Translations under genes and position numbers: made by a program
NCBI RefSeq assembly: GCF_006345805.1
Contig: NC_043008.1
Coordinates: 55,862,001-55,926,000, forward strand
Source: Octopus sinensis
Taxonomy: Eukaryota
Direction of reading: 5' to 3'
DNA length: 64,000 nt
Part shown: in pieces, positions 41,256 through 55,599 of the stretch
How positions within the stretch are numbered: position 1 is the first letter of the stretch
How the letters are laid out: each line of letters starts with the position of its first letter
Notes under the pieces: generated by a model
Told to the model about the DNA's origin: nothing
The model's database searches: none
What the model saw: the letters and a program-made list of their open reading frames with translations, nothing else

Positions 41256-41459
41256 CAGGGGTTTCCAACTAGTGGTCCCCCCCCCACCAGGGGCAGGAGG
41301 CGGGGAGTTTGCATAGCCTTGCTAGAAGTGGCTTGGGATAATATTAATTTTAACTGATCAGGTACATTTTTTATGCTCTGCTGTTAGTAAGGGGTCACAT
41401 GGGTTTTAAGCTTTTGGGTAAGGGGTTGCGGGTGCAAAAAAAAACGTTGGGAACCACTG
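41256..41459. mobile_element. hAT-type MITE with perfect 8-bp TSD
   Basis: TIRs caggggtttccaac / gttgggaaccactg. The TSD ctctagag lies at 41248-41255 and 41460-41467. Confidence 0.85.
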
Positions 41460-41689
41460 CTCTAGAGATATATTATCCCTCACATTGTCATCACTATTAT
41501 CATTATCCCCGCCTCCTCCTCTCCCCCGCCTTCTCCTCCTCCTCCTCCTCATCATCATCATCATCATTATTATTTTGTGTGTTCAGTTTTCTATGCTTTC
41601 ATGAGTTGGCTGTGGTTTCTTCAGAAGAGTGTGTTTCCAAGTTGTTGTGGTTCGTTGTCTTCTCATTCATGAAGTTTTAGTCTCCGAAG

Positions 41690-41990
41690 TTTTAGTCACC
41701 GTTTCTTCTCATGGCTTCTTCATCCCATTACACATCCCTTCCACATGGATTTCTTCACGCTTACTTCGTTACCACAATGGCATTTCCCAGATAACACCCG
41801 TGTCTGTATCAGTGCAAGTCCTCTTTGCACACCACATCGGATGCCTTTTATATCCAATGTTTCTCCCTTTATAACCAATTTGTGCCCTTTTATGCTTATT
41901 GCCATTATATAAGTAAACAGAGCTTGCTTGCTTACCTTTACAACCTTTCCATGCCCTTCACATTCAATGCCCATATGTCACAGCCATGCA
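41690..41990 (-). mobile_element. Decayed RTE-type LINE 3' fragment
   Basis: Minus translations resemble GCETWALNVK..ERL and LDIKGIRCGVQ...VKK of RTE ORF ends; frameshifted. Confidence 0.65.
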
Positions 41991-42357
41991 TATATATATG
42001 TATACACAACACACACACACTATAAAGTAGTTGGCATTAGGAAAGGCATCCAGGCATAGAAACCAGTTGAGCTTTGCACACATACAGTCTTCTGACTTGT
42101 CAGTTCCTGCCAAACTATCCAATCCATGCCAGCATGGAAAACAGATGTTCATCATCATCATCATCATCATCATCGTTTAATGTCCGGTTTCTATGCTAGC
42201 ATGGGTTGGACGATTTGACTGAGGACTGGCGAACCAGAAGGCTGCACCTTAATCTGGCAGAGTTTCTACAGCTGGATGCCCTTCCTAACGCTAACCACTC
42301 TGAGAGTGTAGTTATATGATGGCAATAATTATCAAGAAAACAGAACACAAAACATGA

Positions 42358-42395
<38 letters not shown>

Positions 42396-42512
42396 TTATT
42401 ATTATTATTATTATTAAAGGGCAGAAGTTATGGAATGATTCAGTGTCCAAGAGTTTTGTGCACTGAGACTTATCAAACGATGGTGATTACATTTACATAC
42501 AATGGTATAGTT

Positions 42513-42562
<50 letters not shown>

Positions 42563-42623
42563 TATATATGTGTGTGTGTGTGTGTATGTGTGTGTGTACG
42601 TACATCTATTTCTATATATGCAA

Positions 42624-42666
<43 letters not shown>

Positions 42667-43041
42667 GAATATCTTCTGTTTGAAATCTACTAAAACATAA
42701 CTATGTTGAAGTTTGAACTTTTTTGTTTTTATTAAGGATTTTTCACATTGCCTTATTAGTCTTTTTATGTTCCATTTGAAACAATAATATTCCTAAATCC
42801 ATTAGTCTATTAATGTTTTCAAAACCTTTACAGTCCTGTTTTCGAAATAAAGTGATGGTTTTAATGGCGTGTTGTTAGTGTAAGCTCTGCAGTGTGTGAC
42901 CATGTGTGTACGTGAGAGTGTGCGCACGCGCGCATGTTATATATATATAGACATATATGCCTTTGTGTGTGCTTGTATGTGTATGTTTGTTTGTGTATAT
43001 GTGTCTGTGTGAATATATATGTATGTTTATGTATGTCTGTA

Positions 43042-43072
<31 letters not shown>

Positions 43073-43198
43073 CCACATATACACATAAAATATAGTATGC
43101 AATACATACACACATATACACATACTGCTATATACACAAATATATAATGGAAATTCATTTCTTTCTCTCTTACTGTGTGTATATTATTCTCTCTATCT

Positions 43199-43234
<36 letters not shown>

Positions 43235-43321
43235 CACATTATATACATATATATATACATACACATTTATACATATATATATATACACACATTATATATA
43301 AATATAATTGTATGTGTTTGT

Positions 43322-43354
<33 letters not shown>

Positions 43355-43398
43355 TTATATATAAATATCATTGTATGTGTTTATATATATATAATATA

Positions 43399-43433
<35 letters not shown>

Positions 43434-44336
43434 ATATGTGTGTGTGTATGTATTTGTTTGCCATTTATTGTCTGTTCCTTTTCTAGTAGTTTCATCAGTT
43501 CTTTACTCCGTTCCTTCCACGCCCCTCACCCCACACTTTCCCTCTCAGCTTGTAAAAGAATACAACAAAAATCAATATTTTTACAGAACAAGTTTCACAA
43601 TAAAACACAATAAATACCATTTTATTTCATTCATTTGCCAATTTTTTTTTTTGGTCTCTCCGCCTCTCTCTCTCTCTCCTTACTCTTCTCTCTTCTCCTT
43701 TCTGAACTTCCTCCATTTTCCTTTGTAAAATAACAAACCCAGTTTTATTGACGAAATTGTGACGCTGTTTTTTCCCCCCTGTTTTCTCAACATTTAGTCA
43801 GATTTAGTTTACGTATATTATCATTTTAATATGTTATAATTACTGTTATAATTAATGCCATTGTGTATTTATATATTTCATGTCACACAGAGAGAGGACA
43901 CAAACCTATTGGAGTTGTATATGTATGTGTGTATATGCATATATATATATGTATGTATATATGTATATATGTATATATGTATATATATGTATATATGCAT
44001 ATATATATGTATATATGTATATATATATATGCATATATATATATGTATATATGTGTATATATATATATATTATATATGTATATGTATATATATATATGTG
44101 TATATATGTATATATATATATGTATATATATCTGTATGTATATATGTGTATGTATATATATATATATTATAGGATGTCCATAAATTCCATTTACAATTTA
44201 ATACAATGCTTGGCGAAAGTTGTAAGGATAATTTAGGGAACCCTGTATGTGTGTGTATATATATATGTGTGTGTGTGTATGTGTATATGTATATATGTAT
44301 CTATGTGTATATACATATATACATACACACATTTAA

Positions 44337-44369
<33 letters not shown>

Positions 44370-44683
44370 CACATACGTATATATATGCGTATATTCAAGG
44401 TTGTTTGAAGTAAATTCTATTACAACATTACAAGATAAAATTATCTCTATCTAAAAATAAATGTAGCTTTTTCTTTTTTTTTCTTCAATATTTTACCTTT
44501 ATTTGATCATCATTTTTGAATAGATTCGAGTACAATAAACATATCTGCCATCGTTATTGACTGCACGGCTGCACCGGCATAGAAATATACCTTTGTTGTG
44601 CATAACCAACACCGCCATGACCACGTAAACCATCACCACCGTTCCACCATCACCACCACCACCATAACCACCACCACCACCAT

Positions 44684-44750
<67 letters not shown>

Positions 44751-46019
44751 GTAACAACCGCTGCCGCCGCCGCCGCCGCCACCGCCACCACCACTACTTC
44801 TACTAGCCAACAAGGATCCGCTTTGTGGACATAACTTGAATGTGTGTTGTGCTTAGATTGGTTTTTGATTGTTCAGAGCCAACTTGATCTAGTTCCAGTA
44901 GATTGACATTCTGTGTTAGAATGATTGGGCAACATGAAGGTTGGTGTGCTTCGAGGGGAGCTGGAAGGGAAGATACATCATCATCATCATCATCATCATC
45001 ATTTTATTGTTCACTTTTCCGTGCTAACATGGGTTACACGGAATTTGTTGAGGTGGATTTTCTACAGCCAGATGCTCTTCCCGTTGCCAACCCTCACCTG
45101 TTTTCAAGCCATGTGTTCACCTCTTCAGCAAGACACCTGCTCTTCACCCTTCCATCATAGTTTCTTATTTCTCCAGTCTATACCCTGCTCAGTTGAGGGT
45201 GTCTGGTCTTGCGAATACTTGGCAACCTCACTGGTGCTGGTTTCACGTGAAAGAGCAGCCAGTACACCTTGTTAAGTGGTCAGTGTTAGGAAGGACATCC
45301 AGTTGTGGAAACCATGCTAGAGCAGACATGGAACCCAGTGGAGCCCTCTGGTTTTGCCTGTTCTTGTCAGACTGTCCAACTCATGCCTGCTTGGAGAAAG
45401 AAATGTTAAATGATGATGATGATGATGGTGGTGATGATGATGATGATGGTGATTGAAAAAAAGGGACACTACTTTGTGGTTTTGATACTCATTTACAACT
45501 ATCATGAGATACCAAAGCAAGGAGACAGTAACACACACACACACACACACCACACACACACACATGTAAAAGTAAGTGTTAAATGATATTATCTAATATG
45601 TTTTTTTGCTAAAGACAATAGAATGTGATTTGAGGAAGTTTTAGCTGTTGTTTCTAGGAAGCCAAATGAGTATGTACAAATTGCTTGTGTGGGTGCTAAT
45701 GCCGGCAGTGATTGGTGGTGGTCGTTGTCGTTGTTGTGAAAGAATTGCCGGTTGTGTTTTTAGGTAGAGAAGCTTTTTCCAGTTAAACAGTTTTTATTTC
45801 CTGAATGCAGATGATTTTTGGATGTGAGACAACACAGGAAGGCCGAAGGTTGAGCAGATGGGAACTTTCTTGAAGCCTGTCCAACATATTGGAAGGAGCA
45901 AGGCTGAATGGTGGATTTTAGTAAACACACAAACACAACACTTTCCAACTTACTTGAGCATTCGAAAATAACAAACAATAACAGTAAATATATTCACACA
46001 CCTACATACACACATGCGC

Positions 46020-46175
46020 ACACACACACGCACACACACACACACACGCACACACACACTTTTCCTTTCACATATATTTCACTCCTTTCATTCTTACCTC
46101 CTCTCTCTTCTCCTCTTTCTCATTGTCCCTTCCTCTTGTTTACTAAACTTCTTTACTCAGTCCCAAGTGAGAAGT

Positions 46176-46211
<36 letters not shown>

Positions 46212-46354
46212 CCACACACACACACACGCACACACACACTTTTCCTTTCACATATATTTCACTCCTTTCATTCTTACCTCCTCTCTCTTCTCCTCTTTCT
46301 CATTGTCCCTTCCTCTTGTTTACTAACTTCTTTACTCAGTCCCAAGTGAGAAGT

Positions 46355-46385
<31 letters not shown>
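46020..46385. repeat. Direct tandem duplication, period 180 bp
   Basis: tttcctttcacatatatttc...gagaagttacatac occurs at 46061 and 46241, nearly identical. Confidence 0.9.
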
Positions 46386-46398
<13 letters not shown>

Positions 46399-47049
46399 TA
46401 TATCATCATCATTATCATCATCATCGTCGTCATCCTTTTCACCCCACCCTGCTTTTATGGGTAGGACACACACATACACATGTACACCCACATACCCAAG
46501 TTGTCGAACACATTTCAAAGCCTATAGAGTTTCCTTCCAATTCAATTAACTCTCTTATTACATTGAAGAAATTATTTATAGCTACAGCGCCATCTAGAGA
46601 CCTTTTTTTTCCACTTTTTGTTTTTGTTTTTCCTTCTGAAGTTTCCAAACTCTCACCCTCTTTTTTTTTTTTTTCCTTTTTTTATTTTTCTTTCCCGTTG
46701 GGGGGTGGTGCTCCATTTGAACTTCAGTTTTTAGTCTTCATACCAATTTCATGTTTTACATTTATGATGATTCTTTAAAAAATATATATTTTTTGCTGCC
46801 CCCTGGACTAACCAGTCCTGTAGACGGAAACTGAACACTCATCATGTGTGTGTGTGGTGTGTGTGTTGTATCAGGTCATTAAGAGTGAAACGTCTGATTT
46901 TCTTATGCACCAAGTTTGACAGTCTTTAACCCTCATGTTTTAGCCTGGCAATTCTTTGTTTTACAATATTGACGAGTTACATCATCACTTTTCGAAATGC
47001 AATTCATGGTGTCTGATTATATTGTGAGTTTTCTCTTGTAAACCAATTC

Positions 47050-47525
47050 TTGTGAACCCATGGCTAGATCAAAAATTTGTGTTGTTTATGAATATGAGTT
47101 CTCTCATGGAACCAATGCATCCCAGACAGCTTGAAATATCAACGAGGTGTTTGGTGAAGATGTGGCGAATGAGCACACTGTATGTCGATGGTTTGAGAAG
47201 TCACCGGTCTGGTGATTTTACATTTGAAAATCAGTCCTGTTGTAGATCTGAGGGCAAGGTGGATAATCATGAGCTGGAAACTGTAATGGAAGCAGATACA
47301 TCTCAAACTACACGTGAGTTAACAGCAAGGTTTGACGTTTCGACTCCAACTATATTGGACCATCTGAAACAAATCAGCAAGTTAAGGAAGCTGGAGAAAT
47401 GGATACTACACAAAGTGAACAAGCATAAATTACACATCTTGAAACTTGCTGTTCTTTGCTGTTATGGCATAAAAGCGAACCATTTTTGCATCGTATTATT
47501 ACATGTGGTGAAAAATGGATTCTTT
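47050..47525 (+). mobile_element. Decayed mariner (Tc1/mariner) transposase fragment
   Basis: The translation RSGDFTFENQSCCRSEGKVDNHELETVMEADTSQTTRELTARFDVSTPTILDHLKQISKLRKLEKW matches the mariner HTH region and a decayed WVPHEL motif. A frameshifted tail resembles FLHRIVTCDEKW. Confidence 0.85.
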
Positions 47526-48661
47526 TCTTTGCCATGTTAAAAGCATCCAGTCCATACTGTAATGTGGTTGGTGTTTGGAAGGGCATCCAGCTGTAAAAAT
47601 CATACCAAAACTAACCTCACCTGTGCTAGTGCCATATAAAAATAAATGGGATCACTCTGCTGGGTGGTTGGTCTTAGGAAGGGCATCCAGCAGTAAATTC
47701 CTTGCCAAAACAGACACAGTAGCCTAGGGTACTGGCTGGCTCCTGTCAAACCATCTTACCCATGCATGCATGGAAGATGGACATTAAACAATGATGATGA
47801 TGATGATGATGATGATATATATATATATATTACAGAGAGAGAGAGAGAGAGGAAAGGGAAGGCAGTTGGCTGTGCGGGTAAGAAGTTTGCTTTCAGCTAT
47901 GTAGTTTTGGTTTCAGTCCCACTGTATGGCACCCTGTGCAACTGTCTTTTGATATAGCTTCAGGCTGACCAAAGCCTTGTAAATGGATTCAGTCGACAGA
48001 AAGAAGCCCACAATTTATATACTACATCCATCTATCCATCCTCACGCACACACACACACACACATGCATATACATGTACATGCATACATACATAATTGTT
48101 TTATGTTTCTAGTGAAAAAGAAAAAAACTAGAATAGAACAATTTGATGCCAAGTACTCAATGCTATGCATGTAGAGTGAAGTGTATTTATTAGAAAAAGA
48201 GCACAAATAATGGCTCTGACAAAGTTTGTTTCCTTTTAGACAGAATTTGCTCATAATCTGTAGAGAAGGAAATTAGATTATTTTTATAAGAGCTGTTGTT
48301 TATTAAATACATACACACACAGATATTTCTATAGTTTTCAGCTCAGTGTACTTGACAGCAGGAAATGTATACTTTAATTTTATATTAAATTATAGTCATA
48401 CTCAGAACTCTTGGAACACCCATTGTGTGTGCATTAATATGTGTTGTCTATTGAATGTTTTAATACATGTTCTTAAATGTATAATAATGACATCCACTGT
48501 ACCAAGGACTCAATATAAATTGTAGAGCCAAGCAAACATAATAAAGTAAGGCTGATTGACAGCTACTTCGAAGTTTCATAGGAGGTGGCTAACCAAAGTG
48601 TCATTTTGATAGCCATTTCCAATGAAATCACTGAGTGTCAACCTTCTATATATATACATAC

Positions 48662-48712
<51 letters not shown>

Positions 48713-48846
48713 ACTTCTAACAATGCAGAAAGTGTAAAATACCTTTTATATTTTGGGTGCAAAGGCCTATCTTCACAAGGATACAGTTAAGGAAATGTGT
48801 GTCTACATAGATCCTGCCATTATCTATCTACGTTTGTGTGTGTGTG

Positions 48847-48892
<46 letters not shown>

Positions 48893-50095
48893 TATCATCA
48901 TCATCATCCTTTAACGTCCGCTTTCCATGCTAGCATGGGTTGGACGATTGGCTGAGGGCTGGCGAACCAGATGGCTGCACCATGCCTCAATCTTGATCTG
49001 GCAGAGTTTCTACAGCTGGATGCCCTTCCTAACACTAACCAGAGTGTAGCGGGTGCCTTTATGCGCCACCAGCATGGGGCCAGTCAGGCGGCACTGGCAA
49101 TGACCTCACTCGAATCCTTTACACATGCCACCGGCACGGGTGCGAGTAAGGCGATGCTGGTAACGATCACGCTCGAATGGTGTCTTTTATGTGCCACTGG
49201 CACAGGAATCTATGTGAAGGAAGAAACTTTGCTTCAAGCAATCTGTAGTAAATATAAAAAAACAGCTTTTAGAGACAATAGTGGTTTATTGAGATGGAAG
49301 GTTGTGGTTTTTTTTTTTTGTATCGAAGTATGACAAACTGAAAACAGTTCTTTTTATATTTCAGGGTAGGCAACCAGGGTTGCTGGGTATGCGAATAAGA
49401 ATACAAGAGTTAACAGAGTAGATAAGATCTGGGTTACATATGTTCCATAACGAGCGGAACCTCAGAAGTGGTAAATATCCTAGCAAGATGTATACTGCAG
49501 GCTATTTTTCAGGCCAAGGATATCTTGATTAAATGAAAGTTTACATTGTTGGAAGGAGGTACATGTTAACACATGGAAGATTCTGTCAGAATATACATGC
49601 ATACTCGCAAGTATATTAAAGGTTTTTTTCTGCATGTACAGTTTGATAACTCCTGTTAGCATATGAAACATACATAATGGAGAGTAGATAATTCCAAAAA
49701 CTTATTCAATTTCTTGTTTTGATGTGTGTAACCAGTATTTGTTTGTTTTGATGTGTGTAACCAGTATTTGGCATAAAACACTGATAGAATAAGTACTAGG
49801 CTTAAAAAAAACAAAACCTGATAAATACTGATATCAAGGCATTTAACTAAAACCCTTCAAGGTGGTGCCCCAGCATGGCCACAGTTCAATGACTGAGACA
49901 AATAAAAGATAGAAGATAAACGATATTCCAAAACATTGGCTTGTTTTGTCCTCTCTTTCCTTTCCATTGCTTGTTGTCTGTGACTGCGTTTTGCCAGGAT
50001 ACTTTTCGCTTATATAAAATTGTTGTCTTTTATCTTTTACATGTTTCATTCATTGGACAGCGGCCATGCCGGAGCACCACTTGAAGGTTTTAGTT

Positions 50096-50667
50096 GAGTG
50101 GTTCTCAACAGGGATCCATATGGCCCTTGAAGGTCCATATAAGATTTTGGTGGGATCCATGCAATAAAATAGTAAATTAGGGATCCACAATAGTATTTTA
50201 AGGGTCCCTGAATAAATTTTGCTTTTGATGTATGTATTGGTATGTATTGCAAGAAACAGCTAGGTTTCTTTCTCTAACATTTCACATAGTTAAACACACA
50301 CAAGTTTATGTGTGGAAAACAAAATAAGAACTTTGGAAGAAGTTTCTATAAAACTAAACACCGAATGGCTATGGGGGCCAACTAGAATAAAATTGTAATC
50401 AAAGGGGTCCATAGATAAAAAATAGTTGAGAACCCCTGCTTTAAGTATATGTATTGGTATGTATTGGAAAACACAGCTAGGTTTCTTTCTCAAATATTTT
50501 ACATAGTTCAACCTTCACAAATGAATGTGTGAAAAACAAAATAGGAACTTTGAAAGAAGTTGCAATAAAACTAGTTTTTAAACATCAAATGGCTATGGGA
50601 GTCCACCAGAGTAAAATTGTAATCAAAGGAGTTGGTTCGTAGATAGAAAGTGGTTGAGAACCCCTGG
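50096..50667. mobile_element. hAT-type MITE (xAGTGGTTCTCAAC...GTTGAGAACCCCTG) inserted in a SINE, with its 3' part duplicated
   Basis: Terminal motif at 50096, with right ends at about 50438 and 50667. Related pieces occur at about 2640-2815, 22890-22965, 30130-30825 and 57290-57350. Confidence 0.7.
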
Positions 50668-51786
50668 TTTAGTCGAGCAAAATGACCCCTGTACATATTT
50701 TTTCTTTTGAGCCTGGTGCCTTTTCTATTGGTTTGGTTTCTTTTACTGAACTGCTATGTCGCAGGGATGTGAACAAGCCAACACTGGTTGTCAAGTGGTA
50801 GTGGGGGGGGGGGAGGCATCGACAAAGACACACACACACACACACACACACAAAAACAATGCCATTGTAGCTGAGATGTTCTTAGAGCCAGCTGCTTAAC
50901 ACCAGATGGGGACAAAACACATTGTAACACTCATGTATTTACATGGTCGAATCCTCATTTGTACTGGGCCATATTATGTAACTATGAATATAGGGGACAC
51001 ACGTGCACACACACACACACACACATGTGTACACACACACACACACACACACACCAATTTACAGCTTTACAGATATACACATGCATCTATATATTTCTCA
51101 GCAACATGCACACTCTCTTTCTTTCTCCCTCTCTCCCTCGCTCTCCTTCTCTCTTTCTCTCCCTTTATCTTTCTCTCCCTCCCTCTCTCTCACAACACAC
51201 ACAGAAACACACTCACCAAAAGTAGTTACACAACCACACACACGCACATAAACATACAGGAAAAATTGTTACACACACACACACATGCACACATGCGCGC
51301 GCACACATACACACATGCGTGCGTGCAGACACAGATCTAAGCGCCACCACTGTAATTATTTATCTCCAGTATACCCTGTCATTGTTCCAGACACTTCAAA
51401 TCCTAATGACTGGTTTCCAATTCTTTTCTTCTTATTACTTCACCAAAAAAACCCCCCAAAAAACTTGATAAAACACCTCGGTTAAAATTATTTAAACATT
51501 CAAACTTCTCTCCACCTACCCCCTCCTCTCTATCTTCCTCTTCCACTCCCTGCTTCAACTGTCCTCAACAATTAGTATTTGTATTCACTAATTTTTGTCT
51601 TCATCTACCAAATTACCGGGATCACTACTGGCAATTTGAGTTTGAAAATTTAATATTTAAGAGGTAGCGGGTGTACTGTTAATAGTTTTATGATATTTTA
51701 TATTATTTTAGTGTGTGTGTGTGTGTGTGTATGTTTGTGTGTGCATTTGTATCTGTCTGTCTGTCTCAGTCCCTCTATATATGCCC

Positions 51787-51821
<35 letters not shown>

Positions 51822-51888
51822 ATATATGTGTATATGTGGGTGTTTCTATGTGTATTTGTATCTGTCTGTTCGCCTCTCTCTCTCTCTA

Positions 51889-51922
<34 letters not shown>

Positions 51923-51942
51923 TATATATGTATGTATGCATA

Positions 51943-51973
<31 letters not shown>

Positions 51974-51997
51974 TGTGTGTGTGTGTGTGTATGGTAT

Positions 51998-52097
51998 NNN
52001 NNNNNNNNNNNNNNNNNNNNNNNNNNNNNNNNNNNNNNNNNNNNNNNNNNNNNNNNNNNNNNNNNNNNNNNNNNNNNNNNNNNNNNNNNNNNNNNNN
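51998..52097. other. Assembly gap (100 N)
   Basis: Run of N between microsatellite tracts. Confidence 1.
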
Positions 52098-52109
52098 TCT
52101 TTCTCTCCT

Positions 52110-52260
52110 CACACAAACTATCTCTCTCGATCCTCTCTCTCACACACACTATCTCTCTCTTTCTCTCTCTCACACACACTATCTCTCTCTTTCTCTCTCT
52201 CACACACACTATCTCTCTCTTTCTCTCTCTCACACACACTATCTCTCTCTCTCTCTCACA
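52110..52260. repeat. 30-nt compound microsatellite unit (ctatctctctctttctctctctcacacaca) x4
   Basis: Direct inspection; it lies next to the gap. Confidence 0.85.
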
Positions 52261-52350
52261 CACACACATACACACACTATCTGTCTCGCTCACACACACA
52301 CTAACTCTCTCACTCTCACACACACACACACACACTAACTCTCTCACTCA

Positions 52351-52400
<50 letters not shown>

Positions 52401-52882
52401 CTTTCTCTCTCTCTCTCACACACACACAAACACATGCTCTCACAGTCTCCACCACTAACAGCTGTATTCAGTGTTTTATCTAAAGTGGTGAGGTTGGGAT
52501 GGGTGATAGTGTTGATAGTGGTAGCAGTGGTGTGGTGGTGATAGTGTTGACAGTAGTACTAGTGGTGGTGGTGGTGTTGATAGTGGTAGTGGGGATGGTG
52601 CTGGTGGCTCTTCTCAGGATGCAAAACTGAGTTAAATCCTTTGTTGTAATTTTTTGTTTTCTCTTTTCCATTCTACACATTACATTTTATATATTTCTTT
52701 AGCTGCTGCTCCATACAGTCTGACCTAATTTGGCCCCTTTCTTTATCTGCAAGACCCCTCTCAACCCTTGGATCTCCTTTCACTATTCAAAAGAGCGGGG
52801 CTTGACATTTTAATTTTGCTCCCTTAAGCTGTATCAGTTGGTTTATTTATTTAAATTATTTATTTCACACCAATCTTACACA

Positions 52883-52971
<89 letters not shown>

Positions 52972-53016
52972 CATGTGACATGCACATGACTCATTCACAT
53001 ACACATAAGTGGTGAT

Positions 53017-53047
<31 letters not shown>

Positions 53048-53353
53048 ATATATATATATATATATATTTATTTATATATATTTTTATATATATGTATCTA
53101 TATATTCTTTAATTCTTTCAGTTATTTGACTGTGGCCATGCTGGAGGACCACCTTAAAGAGTTTTTGTCAATAAAATATGACCCCAGATCTTATTCTTTG
53201 TAAGCCTAGTACTTATTCTATTGGTCTCTTTTGCCGAACTGCTAAGTTATGGGGACGTAAACACACCAGCATCGGTTGTCAAGTGATGATGTGTGTGGGG
53301 GGACAGACAGACAGACAGACAGACACACACACAAATATGTATATATATGTATA

Positions 53354-53397
<44 letters not shown>

Positions 53398-53425
53398 TAT
53401 CTATATCTATCTATCTATCTATCTA

Positions 53426-53464
<39 letters not shown>

Positions 53465-53629
53465 TATATATTATATATATATATTATATATATGACAGGC
53501 TTCCTTTAGTTTCTGTATACCAAATCTACTCACAAGGCTTTGTGGTTGGGAGGCATGCTTCTTTCCACACAGCCACACTTGCATACATATATACCTACAT
53601 ACATACATACAATATATATAGATATATAT

Positions 53630-53955
53630 GGCCTCGTGCCGGTGGCACGTAAAAAGCACCATCTGTTCGTGGCCGTTGTCAGCCTTGCCCGGCCCCTGTG
53701 CCGGTGGCACATAAAAAGCACCATCCGATCGTGGCCGTTTGCCAGACTCGTCTGGCACCTGTGCCGGTGGCACGTAAAAAGCACCCACTACACTCATGGA
53801 GTGGTTGGCGTTAGGAAGGGCATCCAGCCATAGAAACATTGCCAGATCAACCTGGGCCTGGTGCAGCCTTATGGCTTCACAGATCCCCGGTCGAACCGTC
53901 CAACCCATGCTAGCATGGAAAGCGGACGCTAAACGATGATGATGATGATGATATA
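53630..53955 (+). mobile_element. SINE family 3 (ggcacgtaaaaagcacc...aggaagggcatccagc...ccaacccatgctagcatggaa, (GAT)n tail)
   Basis: Copies at about 4875-5035, 8275-8630, 16870-16975, 26950-27060, 34146-34395, 42160-42310, 44995-45430, 48895-49205, 54318-54592 and 57598-57868. Internal ~55-nt subunits are repeated. Confidence 0.8.
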
Positions 53956-54267
53956 TATATATGTATGTATGTATATATGTATGTATATATGTATTCATAA
54001 CTCAAAAAACACATAGTAATAAACAAATGAATGGAAAGCACCAGAGTCTCTCTGTTCAGCTAAACCCATCAAGGAAGCGCCACTCTGATGTTTAAAGCTG
54101 AAAATATTGCGTAAATTTTCACTTTGAACTGTTGCATGAATGAGCATTGAAAGCAGAGTTAGTATGGAATCAATTGTAACTGATCATTAAACATATGTTT
54201 CTTTGTCTTCCCATTTCGCTTTACCTCTGTCTCTCTGTCTGTCTGTCCGTCCATCTCTCTCTCTCTC

Positions 54268-54306
<39 letters not shown>

Positions 54307-54651
54307 CACACACACACACGTAAAAGCACCATCCGTTCGTGTCTGTTGCCAGCCTCGCCTGGCCACCGTGCCGGTGGCACGTAAAAACACCATCTGTTCG
54401 TGGCCGTTTGCCAGCTCTGTCTGGCACCTGTGCAGGTGGCACATAAAAAGCACCCACTACACTCACGGAGTGGTTGGCGTTAGGAAGGGCATCCAGCCGT
54501 AGAAACACTGCCAGATCTGACTAGGCCTGATGAAGTCTTCTGGCTTCACAGACCCCAGTTGAACCGTCCAACCCATGCTAGCATGGAAAACGTTCCATGT
54601 CCTCGCGTTGCTGTGTTTTTTTGTTTGGATTAACTATATATATATATAGAT

Positions 54652-54682
<31 letters not shown>

Positions 54683-55169
54683 TACGTACATACATTCTAC
54701 CTGTTTTGTGTTCAATCCATCCATCCATCCATCCATCCTTCCATTCATCCATCTCAGTTGTTCTTCACTTCTCACATTTATTTGTTTTTTTAAATTTTTT
54801 TCCTCTCAATTCTAACAACTTCAAATCCATTCGAACATTTACTTCTAATTACACTCACCACAGATTACACTTCCCTTTAGTTATCTCTGACCTTTAATAT
54901 CATATATCTTGTTTACTGTGTATCTCCTATCAATTTCCGCATTCTCAAATAAGGATCTCCTATCACCTCAGTGGGTACTATATCTTGGGGGAATCCCTCA
55001 CCAGATAATTGACTCACATTTAATTGATGTCCTTTATCTCTCTATGATGCCTAAATTATCAATATTCAGAAAGGAAATTACGTTCTCTTTCCCCCACCCC
55101 CCCCAGTTTATTTAAGTGCAAGAAGTATGTTTTTTTTTTTGTTTAAACCTCCATCTTGGGAAAATGAAT

Positions 55170-55599
55170 ACTCTTTTACTCTTTACTCCTTTACTTGTTT
55201 CAGTCTTGTGATTGTGGCCATGCTGGATCACCGCCTTTAGTCGAGCAAATCGCCCCCCAGGACTTATTCTTTGTAAGCCTAGTACTTATTCTATTGGTCT
55301 CTTTTGCCGAACTGCTAAGTTACGGGGACGTAAACACACCAGCACCAGTTGTCAAGCGATGGGGGGGGGGGGTCAAACACAGACACACAAACATATACAC
55401 ACACTTACATATATATATATATATATATATATACGGCAGGCTTCTTTCAGTTTCTGTCTACCAAATCCGCTCACAAGGCTTTGGTCGGCCCGAGGCTATA
55501 GTAGAAGACACTTGCCCAAGGTGCCATGCAGTGGGACTGAACCCGGAACCATGTGGTTGGTAAGCAAGTTACTTACCACACAGCCACTCCTACGCCTAT
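55170..55599 (-). mobile_element. SINE family 1, well-preserved full-length copy (tRNA-like head, internal microsatellite, AAAGAGT-type tail)
   Basis: The same consensus recurs at about 1416-1765, 2950-3235, 3897-4325, 6560-6760, 9140-9980, 14705-15320, 16490-16866, 22465-22875, 30335-30740, 53105-53580 and 55618-55790. Confidence 0.85.

Noticed and set aside
44499-44834. Gly/Ser- or Thr/Ala-rich ORFs with CpG
   Set aside because: Built from (CAC)n/(TAC)n/(GCC)n repeats, with no stop-free, splice-bounded frame.
49365-49470. Plus-strand exon-like segment open except for one TAG (possible TAG-to-TGG editing)
   Set aside because: There is no homology or duplex partner to support recoding. The idea is too speculative without RNA data.
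55025-55057. 33-nt segment with good minus-strand acceptor and gtgagt donor
   Set aside because: It has stops in all three frames. This shows that such motif pairs arise by chance here, so exon confidences are kept low.
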